Part shown: positions 44,962-53,190 of the stretch, one piece after another
Position numbering within the stretch: the stretch's first letter is position 1
Layout of the letters: every line of letters begins with the position of its first letter
Assembly: GCA_963611795.1 (NCBI GenBank)
Contig: CAVDSZ010000007.1
Location: 21,014-85,013, forward strand
Direction: 5' to 3'
DNA from: Akkermansia muciniphila
GTDB taxonomy: Bacteria > Bacillota > Clostridia > Oscillospirales > CAG-272
DNA length: 64,000 nt
The notes under the pieces: model-generated
The model's input: only the letters and a program-made list of their open reading frames with translations
Databases searched by the model: none
Told to the model about the DNA's origin: nothing
Program-made: the position numbers and the translations under genes

Positions 44962-44993
44962 CCCCTGCCGGAGACCCGGCAGGGGGCGTTTTT
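44962..44993 (+). terminator. Terminator of the giant LRR gene
   Basis: Stem cccctgccgg-agac-ccggcagggg (44962-44985), followed by gcgTTTTT. Confidence 0.8.
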
Positions 44994-45086
44994 CGATTCG
45001 GGCAGGGACGTCCGAGATGTTTTAGAAATGAAGCACGATTTTTCACAAAAAAGACGCAAAATGGGCGATAAATGCAACAAAAAATG

Positions 45087-45115
45087 TTTACAAGTCTGGA
45101 GGAAAGTGCTATATT
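45087..45115 (+). promoter_or_regulatory. Promoter of the MoxR/vWA/LRR operon
   Basis: TTTACA (45087-45092), 17 nt spacer, TGcTATATT (extended -10, 45107-45115). Confidence 0.6.
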
Positions 45116-45205
45116 ATAATATACATATAATAAGCAGAACTGTGGAAATGTTTTTTCGCCGAAAAGCGTGGAACCGTATCGAAAATGAAACGCGGGAGGA
45201 TTCTT

Positions 45206-46288
45206 ATGAGCAAGCAGAAACGAACAGACACATCGGTATCGGAAGCCGAAAATTTGCTTTCGCAATACCGCACCCGCCTTGCAACAGAGGGCTGGATTAA
45301 GTCCGCGCTTTGCGGTCTGACCGTCGCTTTCGTGCTGAATATCATCTATACGTTTGTCTGCCTCCTGTTCGGCATTAAGGTGTATTGGGTCAGCGCCATT
45401 CTCATTGTCGCGGGCGCGGCGACCACACCGCTCTTCTATTTCGTGAAATTCAGAAAATCGCTCCGGCAGGTTGCGTCCCGCGTGGATACGCTGGGGCTTG
45501 AGGAACGTGTGCTGACGATGGCAGGGCTCGAGGGCGATGACAGTTTTATGGCGCGCCGCCAGAGAGAGGATACCATTCGCGCACTCAAGACCGTGAACGC
45601 GTCACTGATTAAGTTGGCGGTCTCCGTTCCGCTGATTGTGATGTGCGCCACGACTTTTGCCGTGAGTGCCACGACGACCACTGTCAATGCGCTGGTGGAT
45701 CAGCCGCTGCTCGACCTCAGCGGGGAACAAAAAGAAGATGTCTTCTATGATGTGACCTACGAGGTGAAAGGTGAGGGCGGAAGCATTGCCGGTCTTACGG
45801 TGCAAAAGGTGAAGGCAGGCTCGGTTGCAAGTCCGGTACAGGCGATTGCCGAGGACGGATATGCGTTCGCCGGTTGGTCGGACGGGTATGAAGAAGTGTT
45901 CCGCGCCGACGCAGATGTGACCGGTGAGATTCATGTATTTGCCGTTTTTACATTGATTGACGAGAACGATTTACCCGATCCCGGCGATGAAAGCGAGTCG
46001 GAGGGGGATGAAAAGGACGGTTCGAGTAAAGCCGACCAGAGCGGTCAGCAAGCCCCCGGTCAGCCCGATGACCCTGGTGACCCGAGCGACGAAGATCCCG
46101 ATGACGTCGGAGGCGGCGCCGGCGGTGCCTCCTCGCCGAGCAACAAATACATGGATGGCAAGACCTACTACGGCGATGACTACAGTAACAGCCTCTCCGA
46201 CGCGCAGGACGCCATGAATTCCAGTACGGATTTGAGCGGCGACCAGTCGGACGTCATCGGCGACTATTTCAACAATATCGCAAAATAA
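45206..46288 (+). CDS. Membrane protein (about 3 TM) with one InlB B-repeat-like domain and an acidic, low-complexity C-terminal tail
   Basis: TM segments are SALCGLTVAFVLNIIYTFVCLLF, VSAILIVAGAATTPLFYFV and LAVSVPLIVMCATTFAV. The B-repeat is YDVTYEVKGEGGSI...DGYAFAGWSDGY...IHVFAVF. The tail is D/E/G/P-rich. ATG 45206 follows GGGAGG. Confidence 0.6.
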   Translation: MSKQKRTDTSVSEAENLLSQYRTRLATEGWIKSALCGLTVAFVLNIIYTFVCLLFGIKVYWVSAILIVAGAATTPLFYFVKFRKSLRQVASRVDTLGLEERVLTMAGLEGDDSFMARRQREDTIRALKTVNASLIKLAVSVPLIVMCATTFAVSATTTTVNALVDQPLLDLSGEQKEDVFYDVTYEVKGEGGSIAGLTVQKVKAGSVASPVQAIAEDGYAFAGWSDGYEEVFRADADVTGEIHVFAVFTLIDENDLPDPGDESESEGDEKDGSSKADQSGQQAPGQPDDPGDPSDEDPDDVGGGAGGASSPSNKYMDGKTYYGDDYSNSLSDAQDAMNSSTDLSGDQSDVIGDYFNNIAK

Positions 46289-46334
46289 TTTAGCATCACC
46301 CAAAAAGATAATTTACGGAAAAGGGAATATCAAA

Positions 46335-47381
46335 ATGGTTACAGAAGAAAGCATTCAGCAGTTCAGCGCGCTGTGCGAGCGCATTTTCACCGAGACCCGC
46401 AAGGATATGATCGGGCAGGAAGAAGTCGTGAGAAATACGATTATTGCCCTGATTGCAGGCGGTAATATTCTGCTCGAGGGCGTGCCGGGCGTTGGTAAGA
46501 CCCGACTTGTCCGGACGCTCAGTCGGGTGTTCGATCTTCCTTTTTCGCGTATTCAGTTCACCCCTGACCTGATGCCGGCGGACGTGACCGGTACCAACAT
46601 CATCACCAAAGATGAAAACGGGAATTCGACCTTTCGCTTTGAGCCGGGCCCGATTTTCGCCAACCTGATTCTCGCGGACGAAATCAACCGTGCCACGCCG
46701 AAAACGCAGTCCGCTCTGCTGGAGGCGATGCAGGAGCATACCGTCACCGTCATGGGTGTTTCCCGGAAGATGAAAGAACCCTTCTTCGTCCTCGCAACGC
46801 AGAACCCGGTGGAGCAGGACGGTACCTATCCGTTGCCGGAGGCACAGATGGACCGTTTCATGTTCAAGCTTGTGGTGGATAACCCCTCGCTCGAAGATTT
46901 GAAAGGCATCGTTACCATGACGCAGAAGACCATGGGCGAGACCGCCGAAGTCGCCTGCAACGCCGAGCAGCTGCTCGAGATGCGCGAGATTGCGAACCAG
47001 ATTCCCGTCGCCGACGAGGTGCTGGACTTCGCCATGAAGGTGATTGCCGCTACCCAGCCGGACAGCGCGTATGCGTCGGAGGCGGCTAAGAACTACATTC
47101 GTCTCGGTTCCTCGCCGCGTGGAGGTCAGGCGCTGATTTCCGCCGCGAAGGTGCTGGCACTGATGAACGGCAGATTCAATGTGTCTTATTCGGATGTCGC
47201 TACGCTGGCATTCCCGGTACTGCGCCACCGTATGAAGATGAATTTTGAGGCAATCGCCGAGCGCGTCGCTCCCGACACGGTCATTCGCATGATCGTCGAG
47301 GAGGTTGCCAAGAAAAATAAGGTGCATCTCGATGCGAGTGTGTGGAACGCCGCTACGGGAGACAACAGTAAAAACGGATGA
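46335..47381 (+). CDS. MoxR-family AAA+ ATPase (AAA_3)
   Basis: Walker A LLEGVPGVGKT. Walker B ILADEINRATPKTQSALLEAMQE. Also TQNPVEQDGTYPLPEAQMDRF. Confidence 0.9.
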   Translation: MVTEESIQQFSALCERIFTETRKDMIGQEEVVRNTIIALIAGGNILLEGVPGVGKTRLVRTLSRVFDLPFSRIQFTPDLMPADVTGTNIITKDENGNSTFRFEPGPIFANLILADEINRATPKTQSALLEAMQEHTVTVMGVSRKMKEPFFVLATQNPVEQDGTYPLPEAQMDRFMFKLVVDNPSLEDLKGIVTMTQKTMGETAEVACNAEQLLEMREIANQIPVADEVLDFAMKVIAATQPDSAYASEAAKNYIRLGSSPRGGQALISAAKVLALMNGRFNVSYSDVATLAFPVLRHRMKMNFEAIAERVAPDTVIRMIVEEVAKKNKVHLDASVWNAATGDNSKNG

Positions 47382-48274
47382 AATCTTATTTAAACGACGC
47401 ATTCTTCAGTCGTCTGGAGGCGCTTGCATTCAATCTCCGCCGGGATCTCGGCGGGTACTTCGGCGGTAAGCATCTGGTCAATACCTATGGGCAGACCGTA
47501 GAGTTCGCCGATTACCGGGAGTATATGCTGGGTGATGACATCCGCCGCATTGACTGGAACCTGTACAGCCGTTTCGAGAAGTACTTCATCAAGTTGTTTA
47601 CCGACGAGCGGCAGATGCAGGTGCAGATTTACATAGACTGCTCCGGCTCTATGGGGAAGGTCAATCCCGACAAGGGCGCGTACGCCATCGGCGTTGCCGC
47701 CGCCATGGGGTATCTCGCAATCCATAATATGGACAAGGTGTCTTACCACCTGATTCGCGGGGATAAAGCCGAGAATCCGTTCGGCACCATTGTGGGGAAG
47801 ACGGCGTTCTTCCGTGCGATGAAGACCTTGGATCAGACCGAATTTGACGGCGATGCGAACATCTCCAAAGCCATCATCGGGAACCCGAATACCGGGACCG
47901 GCGACGGACTGACAATCGTCATTTCCGACTTTTTCTCCGGCGAAGACTGGAAAAAGGGAATTGATTATCTCGTCTATAAAAAGAAACAGATTCTGCTGAT
48001 GCAGGTCTTTTCACCGGACGAGTTGGATCCTACCTACACAGACAGAATCAACCTTATTGACGCGGAGGCGACTGACCTCGCAGATAGCCGGAATATGAAA
48101 CTCCGCATCAATAAATCCATGCAGCTGGCGTTCCGCGAGGCGGTCACAGCCTTCTATGACGACATCGGTAATTTCTGCAAGAAACGCGGCGCCGGATTCA
48201 TGGCGCTCGACTGCGAAAAGCCGATTGAGCGGCAACTCTTTTCCGAACTGCTAAAACGAGGTACCGTATCTTGA
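47378..48274 (+). CDS. DUF58-domain protein (MoxR partner)
   Basis: EFADYREYMLGDDIRRIDWNLYSRFEKYFIKLFTDE is the DUF58 signature. Start overlaps the moxR stop (ATGA). Confidence 0.85.
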   Translation: MKSYLNDAFFSRLEALAFNLRRDLGGYFGGKHLVNTYGQTVEFADYREYMLGDDIRRIDWNLYSRFEKYFIKLFTDERQMQVQIYIDCSGSMGKVNPDKGAYAIGVAAAMGYLAIHNMDKVSYHLIRGDKAENPFGTIVGKTAFFRAMKTLDQTEFDGDANISKAIIGNPNTGTGDGLTIVISDFFSGEDWKKGIDYLVYKKKQILLMQVFSPDELDPTYTDRINLIDAEATDLADSRNMKLRINKSMQLAFREAVTAFYDDIGNFCKKRGAGFMALDCEKPIERQLFSELLKRGTVS

Positions 48275-50295
48275 GATTACTCCTACCACTCGGACTCCTC
48301 GCTCTTGTCGGAATTCTTCTTCTTATCTTAATTTATATCATCAAGCCGAATTTCCAGCAAAAGTTGATTTCCAGTACATATATCTGGAAATTGAGTCTAA
48401 AATTCAAGAAGCGAAAGATCCCGATCAGCAGGTTGCGTAACATTTTGCTTGTGGCGTGCCAAGTGCTGATTATTACCGCCATCTCGCTGATTCTCTCCAA
48501 GACCGTTTGGGTGCTGAAAGAGCAGATTACACAGCCGGAGGTGGTGCTGATTATCGACTCTTCCGCCAGTATGCGGACGGGCGATGAAGTATCCAACCGC
48601 TATACTCGCGCGGTGGATGAAGCTATCAAAGAGGCGAATAAGGCCTTTGACCGGGACGGGATTGTTTCCGTCATCGTGGCCGGGGGAGAGAACACATACC
48701 TCGCGGAGCGGGCTTATAAGGAAAACAGAGAGCAGGTCATCTCGGCGATGGACGCTCTCCTCGCCGGTGACACGAGTTGCACATACGGATCTGCCGATAT
48801 GAGTGCCGCGGTGGCAATGACGGATCGCGTGCTGCTGGAAAACCCCGACGCGAAAATCTATCTTTACACCGACTCGACATACGCCGGTCTGTCCGATAAT
48901 ATCAGTCTTGTTAATGTTGCGGAAGAGACGGAATGGAATGCCGCCATTCTTGATGCGACCGCCACATATGAGGACAACTATTACACTTTCCGTGTCGAGG
49001 TGGCTTGCTACGGCAGAGACAAGGATCTGACGTTGAGACTGACGGTCAACGGTGCCAACGCCGAGAGCAGTGAAGACACCGCTGCCGGAGACCGGTTGTG
49101 GACGGTGACCGTCCCCTGCATGAATGACGGAGTCTATACGGCAATCTTCAAATATGTGCCGGTGGAGGAGGAACAGGCATTCCTCGATACGCTGGACGAT
49201 ACGACGGTTTTCTATAATATCCCGGTCGGTGCCACCGAGGGGCAGGACGAGCGCGTCTATGCATACCAGTCAGTTTTCGTCACCATCGACGAGCGGGATT
49301 CCATGCCGCAGGACAATGCTTTCAGCCTTTATGGCGGACTGAAAGAGACCGTTAAGATTCAGTATTACAGTTTTGGGACAGACCCGAAAACGGGCGTTTC
49401 CCTCGGTCCGAACATTTTCTTCCAGCAGGCTTTGGCGGCGGTTCAGAAGATTTATGCCGATCGCTGGAATATCGAAATCACGGAAGTCAAGAAGGGCAAT
49501 CCGTACGCGACGGAAGGATTCGATTTCTACATCTTTGAACATGAGATGCCGGCGAAACTTCCCACAGACGGCGTTGTTCTCCTCGCGGATCCGATGTCCG
49601 CACCGGCGGATGCGGGCTTTGAGGTGGAAGGCTATATTGACCGTAACGGGCAAAGTGTTTTCCTCGCGTCCGAAACGCTGCACCCGATTCTCAGCGGAAT
49701 GACGCCGACCAATATTTCGGTCAGCCGCTACACCCAGCTGAAAGTTAAGGATACGGCGTATACCTGTCTCCTCTCTTACGGCGCAGATCCGCTTCTCCTC
49801 GTTAAGAACGGGAAGGAAGCGCGCGTGGCGGTCATGCCCTTTTCGCTACACTATTCCAATCTGCCCCTGCTGGTGGATTTTCCGCTTTTGATTAACAATC
49901 TGTTCGGGTACTTTTTCCCGACGACGGTTGACTCGATGGCAATTGAGGCAGGGGAAGATGTTCTGCTCAACTGCCGCGGGGAGGAACTGACGGTCAGCGA
50001 CGGCGTGAATGAGACGACTTTCAACACATTCCCGGCGAGTATGCGCCTGGATGTCCCCGGCTCCTACACCGTCTCGCAGACAACCTATGCCGGCAAAGAT
50101 GTCGTAGAAACCATTTATGTGAGAATGCCGCGTGCGGAAAGCAATATTTTCGCGCAGGAGGGTGCAATTCGCAGTCCGTATTACGAGATTGACGAGAGCG
50201 ACTACTATGCCGATGTGCTGTTGTATATCGCTTGCGCTTTGGTGGCGTTGCTGATGCTGGAATGGTATCTGCAACACCGCGAAAGCAGTCTTTAA
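48271..50295 (+). CDS. BatA_N (aerotolerance-regulator N-terminal) + vWA domain membrane protein
   Basis: The N-terminus is MRLLLPLGLLALVGILLLILIYIIKP. The vWA MIDAS motif is VVLIIDSSASM. A C-terminal TM reads LLYIACALVALLMLEWY. The TTG start overlaps the DUF58 stop (TTGA). Confidence 0.75.
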   Translation: MRLLLPLGLLALVGILLLILIYIIKPNFQQKLISSTYIWKLSLKFKKRKIPISRLRNILLVACQVLIITAISLILSKTVWVLKEQITQPEVVLIIDSSASMRTGDEVSNRYTRAVDEAIKEANKAFDRDGIVSVIVAGGENTYLAERAYKENREQVISAMDALLAGDTSCTYGSADMSAAVAMTDRVLLENPDAKIYLYTDSTYAGLSDNISLVNVAEETEWNAAILDATATYEDNYYTFRVEVACYGRDKDLTLRLTVNGANAESSEDTAAGDRLWTVTVPCMNDGVYTAIFKYVPVEEEQAFLDTLDDTTVFYNIPVGATEGQDERVYAYQSVFVTIDERDSMPQDNAFSLYGGLKETVKIQYYSFGTDPKTGVSLGPNIFFQQALAAVQKIYADRWNIEITEVKKGNPYATEGFDFYIFEHEMPAKLPTDGVVLLADPMSAPADAGFEVEGYIDRNGQSVFLASETLHPILSGMTPTNISVSRYTQLKVKDTAYTCLLSYGADPLLLVKNGKEARVAVMPFSLHYSNLPLLVDFPLLINNLFGYFFPTTVDSMAIEAGEDVLLNCRGEELTVSDGVNETTFNTFPASMRLDVPGSYTVSQTTYAGKDVVETIYVRMPRAESNIFAQEGAIRSPYYEIDESDYYADVLLYIACALVALLMLEWYLQHRESSL

Positions 50296-50307
50296 GGAGG
50301 CGGAACG

Positions 50308-53190
50308 ATGGTACATTTCAAAATTCATTTTTCCTATCCGTTGCTCCTCCTGGTATTCTTGCTCGGGCTTGCAATTACGGCACTTTTGTACTTCCGCCTC
50401 TCCAAGAAGTACAGAAAGAACAGGAACCGCGTTACCTCCATTGTGTTGCATCTGATTGTGTTCGCTCTGGCGGTGCTGACCATGGCGGGAACCATGTTTA
50501 CTTATGAGATCCCGAATAAGGAGAATCAGATCATTCTCCTCGTTGATGTATCCGATACGGAAGAGCAGTCCCGGGAGGTAAGGGATACGTTCGTTAAGAC
50601 GATCCTCGACATGGGTCAGTACGACGGGTTCAGTATCGGTATTGTGACGTTCGGCTATAACCAGGTCTACGCCGTGGAAATGACGAATAAGATATCGGTC
50701 AACGATATGATGAACCGTTATCGGTCGGCAGAACAGCCGGATACGTCGGCGACCGACATCGCCGCCGCACTGACCTATACCGCGAATCTCTTTACTAACC
50801 CGGAGGCAGGCAGAATCGTGCTTGTCACGGACGGTAAGGAGACGGACGAAAAGGCATCCTCGGTGATTCGCTCCGTCAGTGCGCGGGGCATCGGCGTGGA
50901 CGTTGCCAATATCCCCTCAGCCTATGAGGGGAGCGATATGCAATTGGTCGGAGCCGTGCTGCCGGATTACCATGTGTCGCCCGGTGCGGGCTGCGTGGTT
51001 GCCGCCACGCTGTATGCGCAGACGGCAGGCGATGTCAAGGTCGAGTTTTTCGACAACGGCAATCTGGTGTCGACACAGGATTTTAAGGCGGCAGTCGGTA
51101 CGCAAAATGTGACTTTCAACCACACGTTTTCGGGGGCGGGTCTCCACACGCTTTCTTTCCGTCTCTCGACAGAAACGAACGATGTGCTGAAAGAGAACAA
51201 TACCTACTATACCTATATGAACCTCGAAAACTTTGATAACGTGCTGATTCTTGAGCATAAGAACGGAGAGTCCGATCGGCTGAAGGCACTCCTCACCGAA
51301 GGGGAGAGCGCGTACAAAGTGACGGTCAAAAACATCAAGACCGATACGACCGTTCCTACGACAATCGAGGAAATGCGTCAGTACGATCAGGTGATTCTCA
51401 ACAATATCGCCCGCGCCGATATGCCGGAAGGGTTTGAGGAACTGTTGCAGGAATATGTCAGCGTCTACGGTGGCGGTCTTTTCACCGTCGGTGGCGCCGA
51501 TGAACTGCCGGGCGTGACAGGGAACGACCGATTTGTTGCCCACGCCTATAATCGCGAGGATATGTGGGGCAGTATCTATCAGGAACTCCTGCCTGTGCAG
51601 GCGATTCAATATACGCCTCCGATTGGGCTTATGGTCATCGTGGACCGCTCCGGTTCTATGAGTGAAGTGGACGGTTCGACCGGCAGTACCTATTATGATC
51701 TGGCACTGTCCGGCGCGAGAGGGTGTCTTGAGGCGCTCACGGAACGTGACTATTTCGGTCTGATGACACTCGACAGCGACTACGAGACACTTCTGCCGCT
51801 GACACCGCGTTCCCAGGACAATAAGATTAAAAAAGCGATTTTCGATGCACAGGAACTGGGGCCGACGGGCGGTACCGTGTTCCCGGACGCAATCGAACGC
51901 GCGAGCCGCGCGCTCCTGTCGCTCAACGTGGCGAGACGTCACGTCATCATCGTAACGGATGGTCAGGTCCCCGAGACGCAGGAGAAAGAATACCTCGATT
52001 ATATCCAGCAGTATCATAAAAATAACGGTATTACCTATTCCGTTGTCGGGATTGGTGTCGCCGAGGGGTCAGATGCCGCGACGCAGATGAAGAAGGCGTG
52101 TGATCTCGGTGGGGGCAGACTGTATGCCCTGACGAACGGTACCTCGGTCACAGGTTCCATGCGGGAAGACCTGCGTGTGCCGGACATCAAAGAGGTCAAC
52201 TACGATACCTATTACCCAACTGTCCGCAATACGCTGTCCACACTTCTGAACGGCATTGCGCTGTCGACGACGGAAGACGGACACCAGACCCCGAAGATGA
52301 CGGCATCTCTGGACGGTTTCTTCGGCGTCAAAGTCAAGGACGGTGCCGAACTCGTCCTGATGGGCGACTACGACGTGCCCGTATATGCACAATGGAAATA
52401 CGGAAAAGGGACGGTCGGCAGTTTCATGTGTGACCTGAACGGCACCTGGTCGTCGGACTTCCTGACCGAAACGCCGGAAAACAACGGCTCGGGTCGGCAG
52501 TTTATCCGCAATGTGGTCAGTGCTCTGATGCCGACAGAGTCCGTGCGTGAGAATCAGATTACGGTCAACATCGAAACAGATAACTACACGAATCTGCTCA
52601 GCGTCTTTTCGCAACTCGGCGACGGCGAACGTATCGTAGGCTATCTGAAGAACATGGCGGACGCCTCCGGCACGTCCCTGTCACTGAGCGAGGTGACGGC
52701 GGCGCCGGCGGGGGGGAAGCTCGAGAGCCTCGCCTGCTATGTCACCTCTGCACTCAGTGCCGCCAATAAGTACAGTCGCGCCGGTTTCGTCATTAAGCAG
52801 GCGGGCGTCTATGAACTTACTTTGCAGAAGGTGGATGAGGCGGGTAACGTCCTTGCCGAATATACGACATACCGCGCCTTCTCGTACTCCGAAGAATATG
52901 ATCAGATGGCAGTTCCCACAAACGCGGACCTCGCCGTGTCGCTCACCGCTTTGGCGAAAAACGGTGGTGGCTCTCTGATTGTGAAGAATGAGGATCCGAT
53001 TGAGGTCTTTGCCAATTTTGTGACCTCGGTGCAGAAATCCTTTGACCCGAGATACCTGTTCATGATCCTTGCGCTGATTCTGTTCCTCGCAGATGTTGCG
53101 GTTCGTAAGTTTAAGTTCAAATGGCCGCACGAACTGATACGTGCACATCGCGAAAAGGTCCAGAAGAAGAAAGGAGGATCCGATCAATGA
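50308..53190 (+). CDS. BatA_N + double-vWA membrane protein with a central unassigned domain
   Basis: The N-terminus FSYPLLLLVFLLGLAITALLYF is followed by a second TM. vWA-1 is IILLVDVSDTEE. vWA-2 is LMVIVDRSGSMSE. The C-terminal TM reads YLFMILALILFLADVAV. AAGGAGG lies before the ATG. Confidence 0.75.
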   Translation: MVHFKIHFSYPLLLLVFLLGLAITALLYFRLSKKYRKNRNRVTSIVLHLIVFALAVLTMAGTMFTYEIPNKENQIILLVDVSDTEEQSREVRDTFVKTILDMGQYDGFSIGIVTFGYNQVYAVEMTNKISVNDMMNRYRSAEQPDTSATDIAAALTYTANLFTNPEAGRIVLVTDGKETDEKASSVIRSVSARGIGVDVANIPSAYEGSDMQLVGAVLPDYHVSPGAGCVVAATLYAQTAGDVKVEFFDNGNLVSTQDFKAAVGTQNVTFNHTFSGAGLHTLSFRLSTETNDVLKENNTYYTYMNLENFDNVLILEHKNGESDRLKALLTEGESAYKVTVKNIKTDTTVPTTIEEMRQYDQVILNNIARADMPEGFEELLQEYVSVYGGGLFTVGGADELPGVTGNDRFVAHAYNREDMWGSIYQELLPVQAIQYTPPIGLMVIVDRSGSMSEVDGSTGSTYYDLALSGARGCLEALTERDYFGLMTLDSDYETLLPLTPRSQDNKIKKAIFDAQELGPTGGTVFPDAIERASRALLSLNVARRHVIIVTDGQVPETQEKEYLDYIQQYHKNNGITYSVVGIGVAEGSDAATQMKKACDLGGGRLYALTNGTSVTGSMREDLRVPDIKEVNYDTYYPTVRNTLSTLLNGIALSTTEDGHQTPKMTASLDGFFGVKVKDGAELVLMGDYDVPVYAQWKYGKGTVGSFMCDLNGTWSSDFLTETPENNGSGRQFIRNVVSALMPTESVRENQITVNIETDNYTNLLSVFSQLGDGERIVGYLKNMADASGTSLSLSEVTAAPAGGKLESLACYVTSALSAANKYSRAGFVIKQAGVYELTLQKVDEAGNVLAEYTTYRAFSYSEEYDQMAVPTNADLAVSLTALAKNGGGSLIVKNEDPIEVFANFVTSVQKSFDPRYLFMILALILFLADVAVRKFKFKWPHELIRAHREKVQKKKGGSDQ

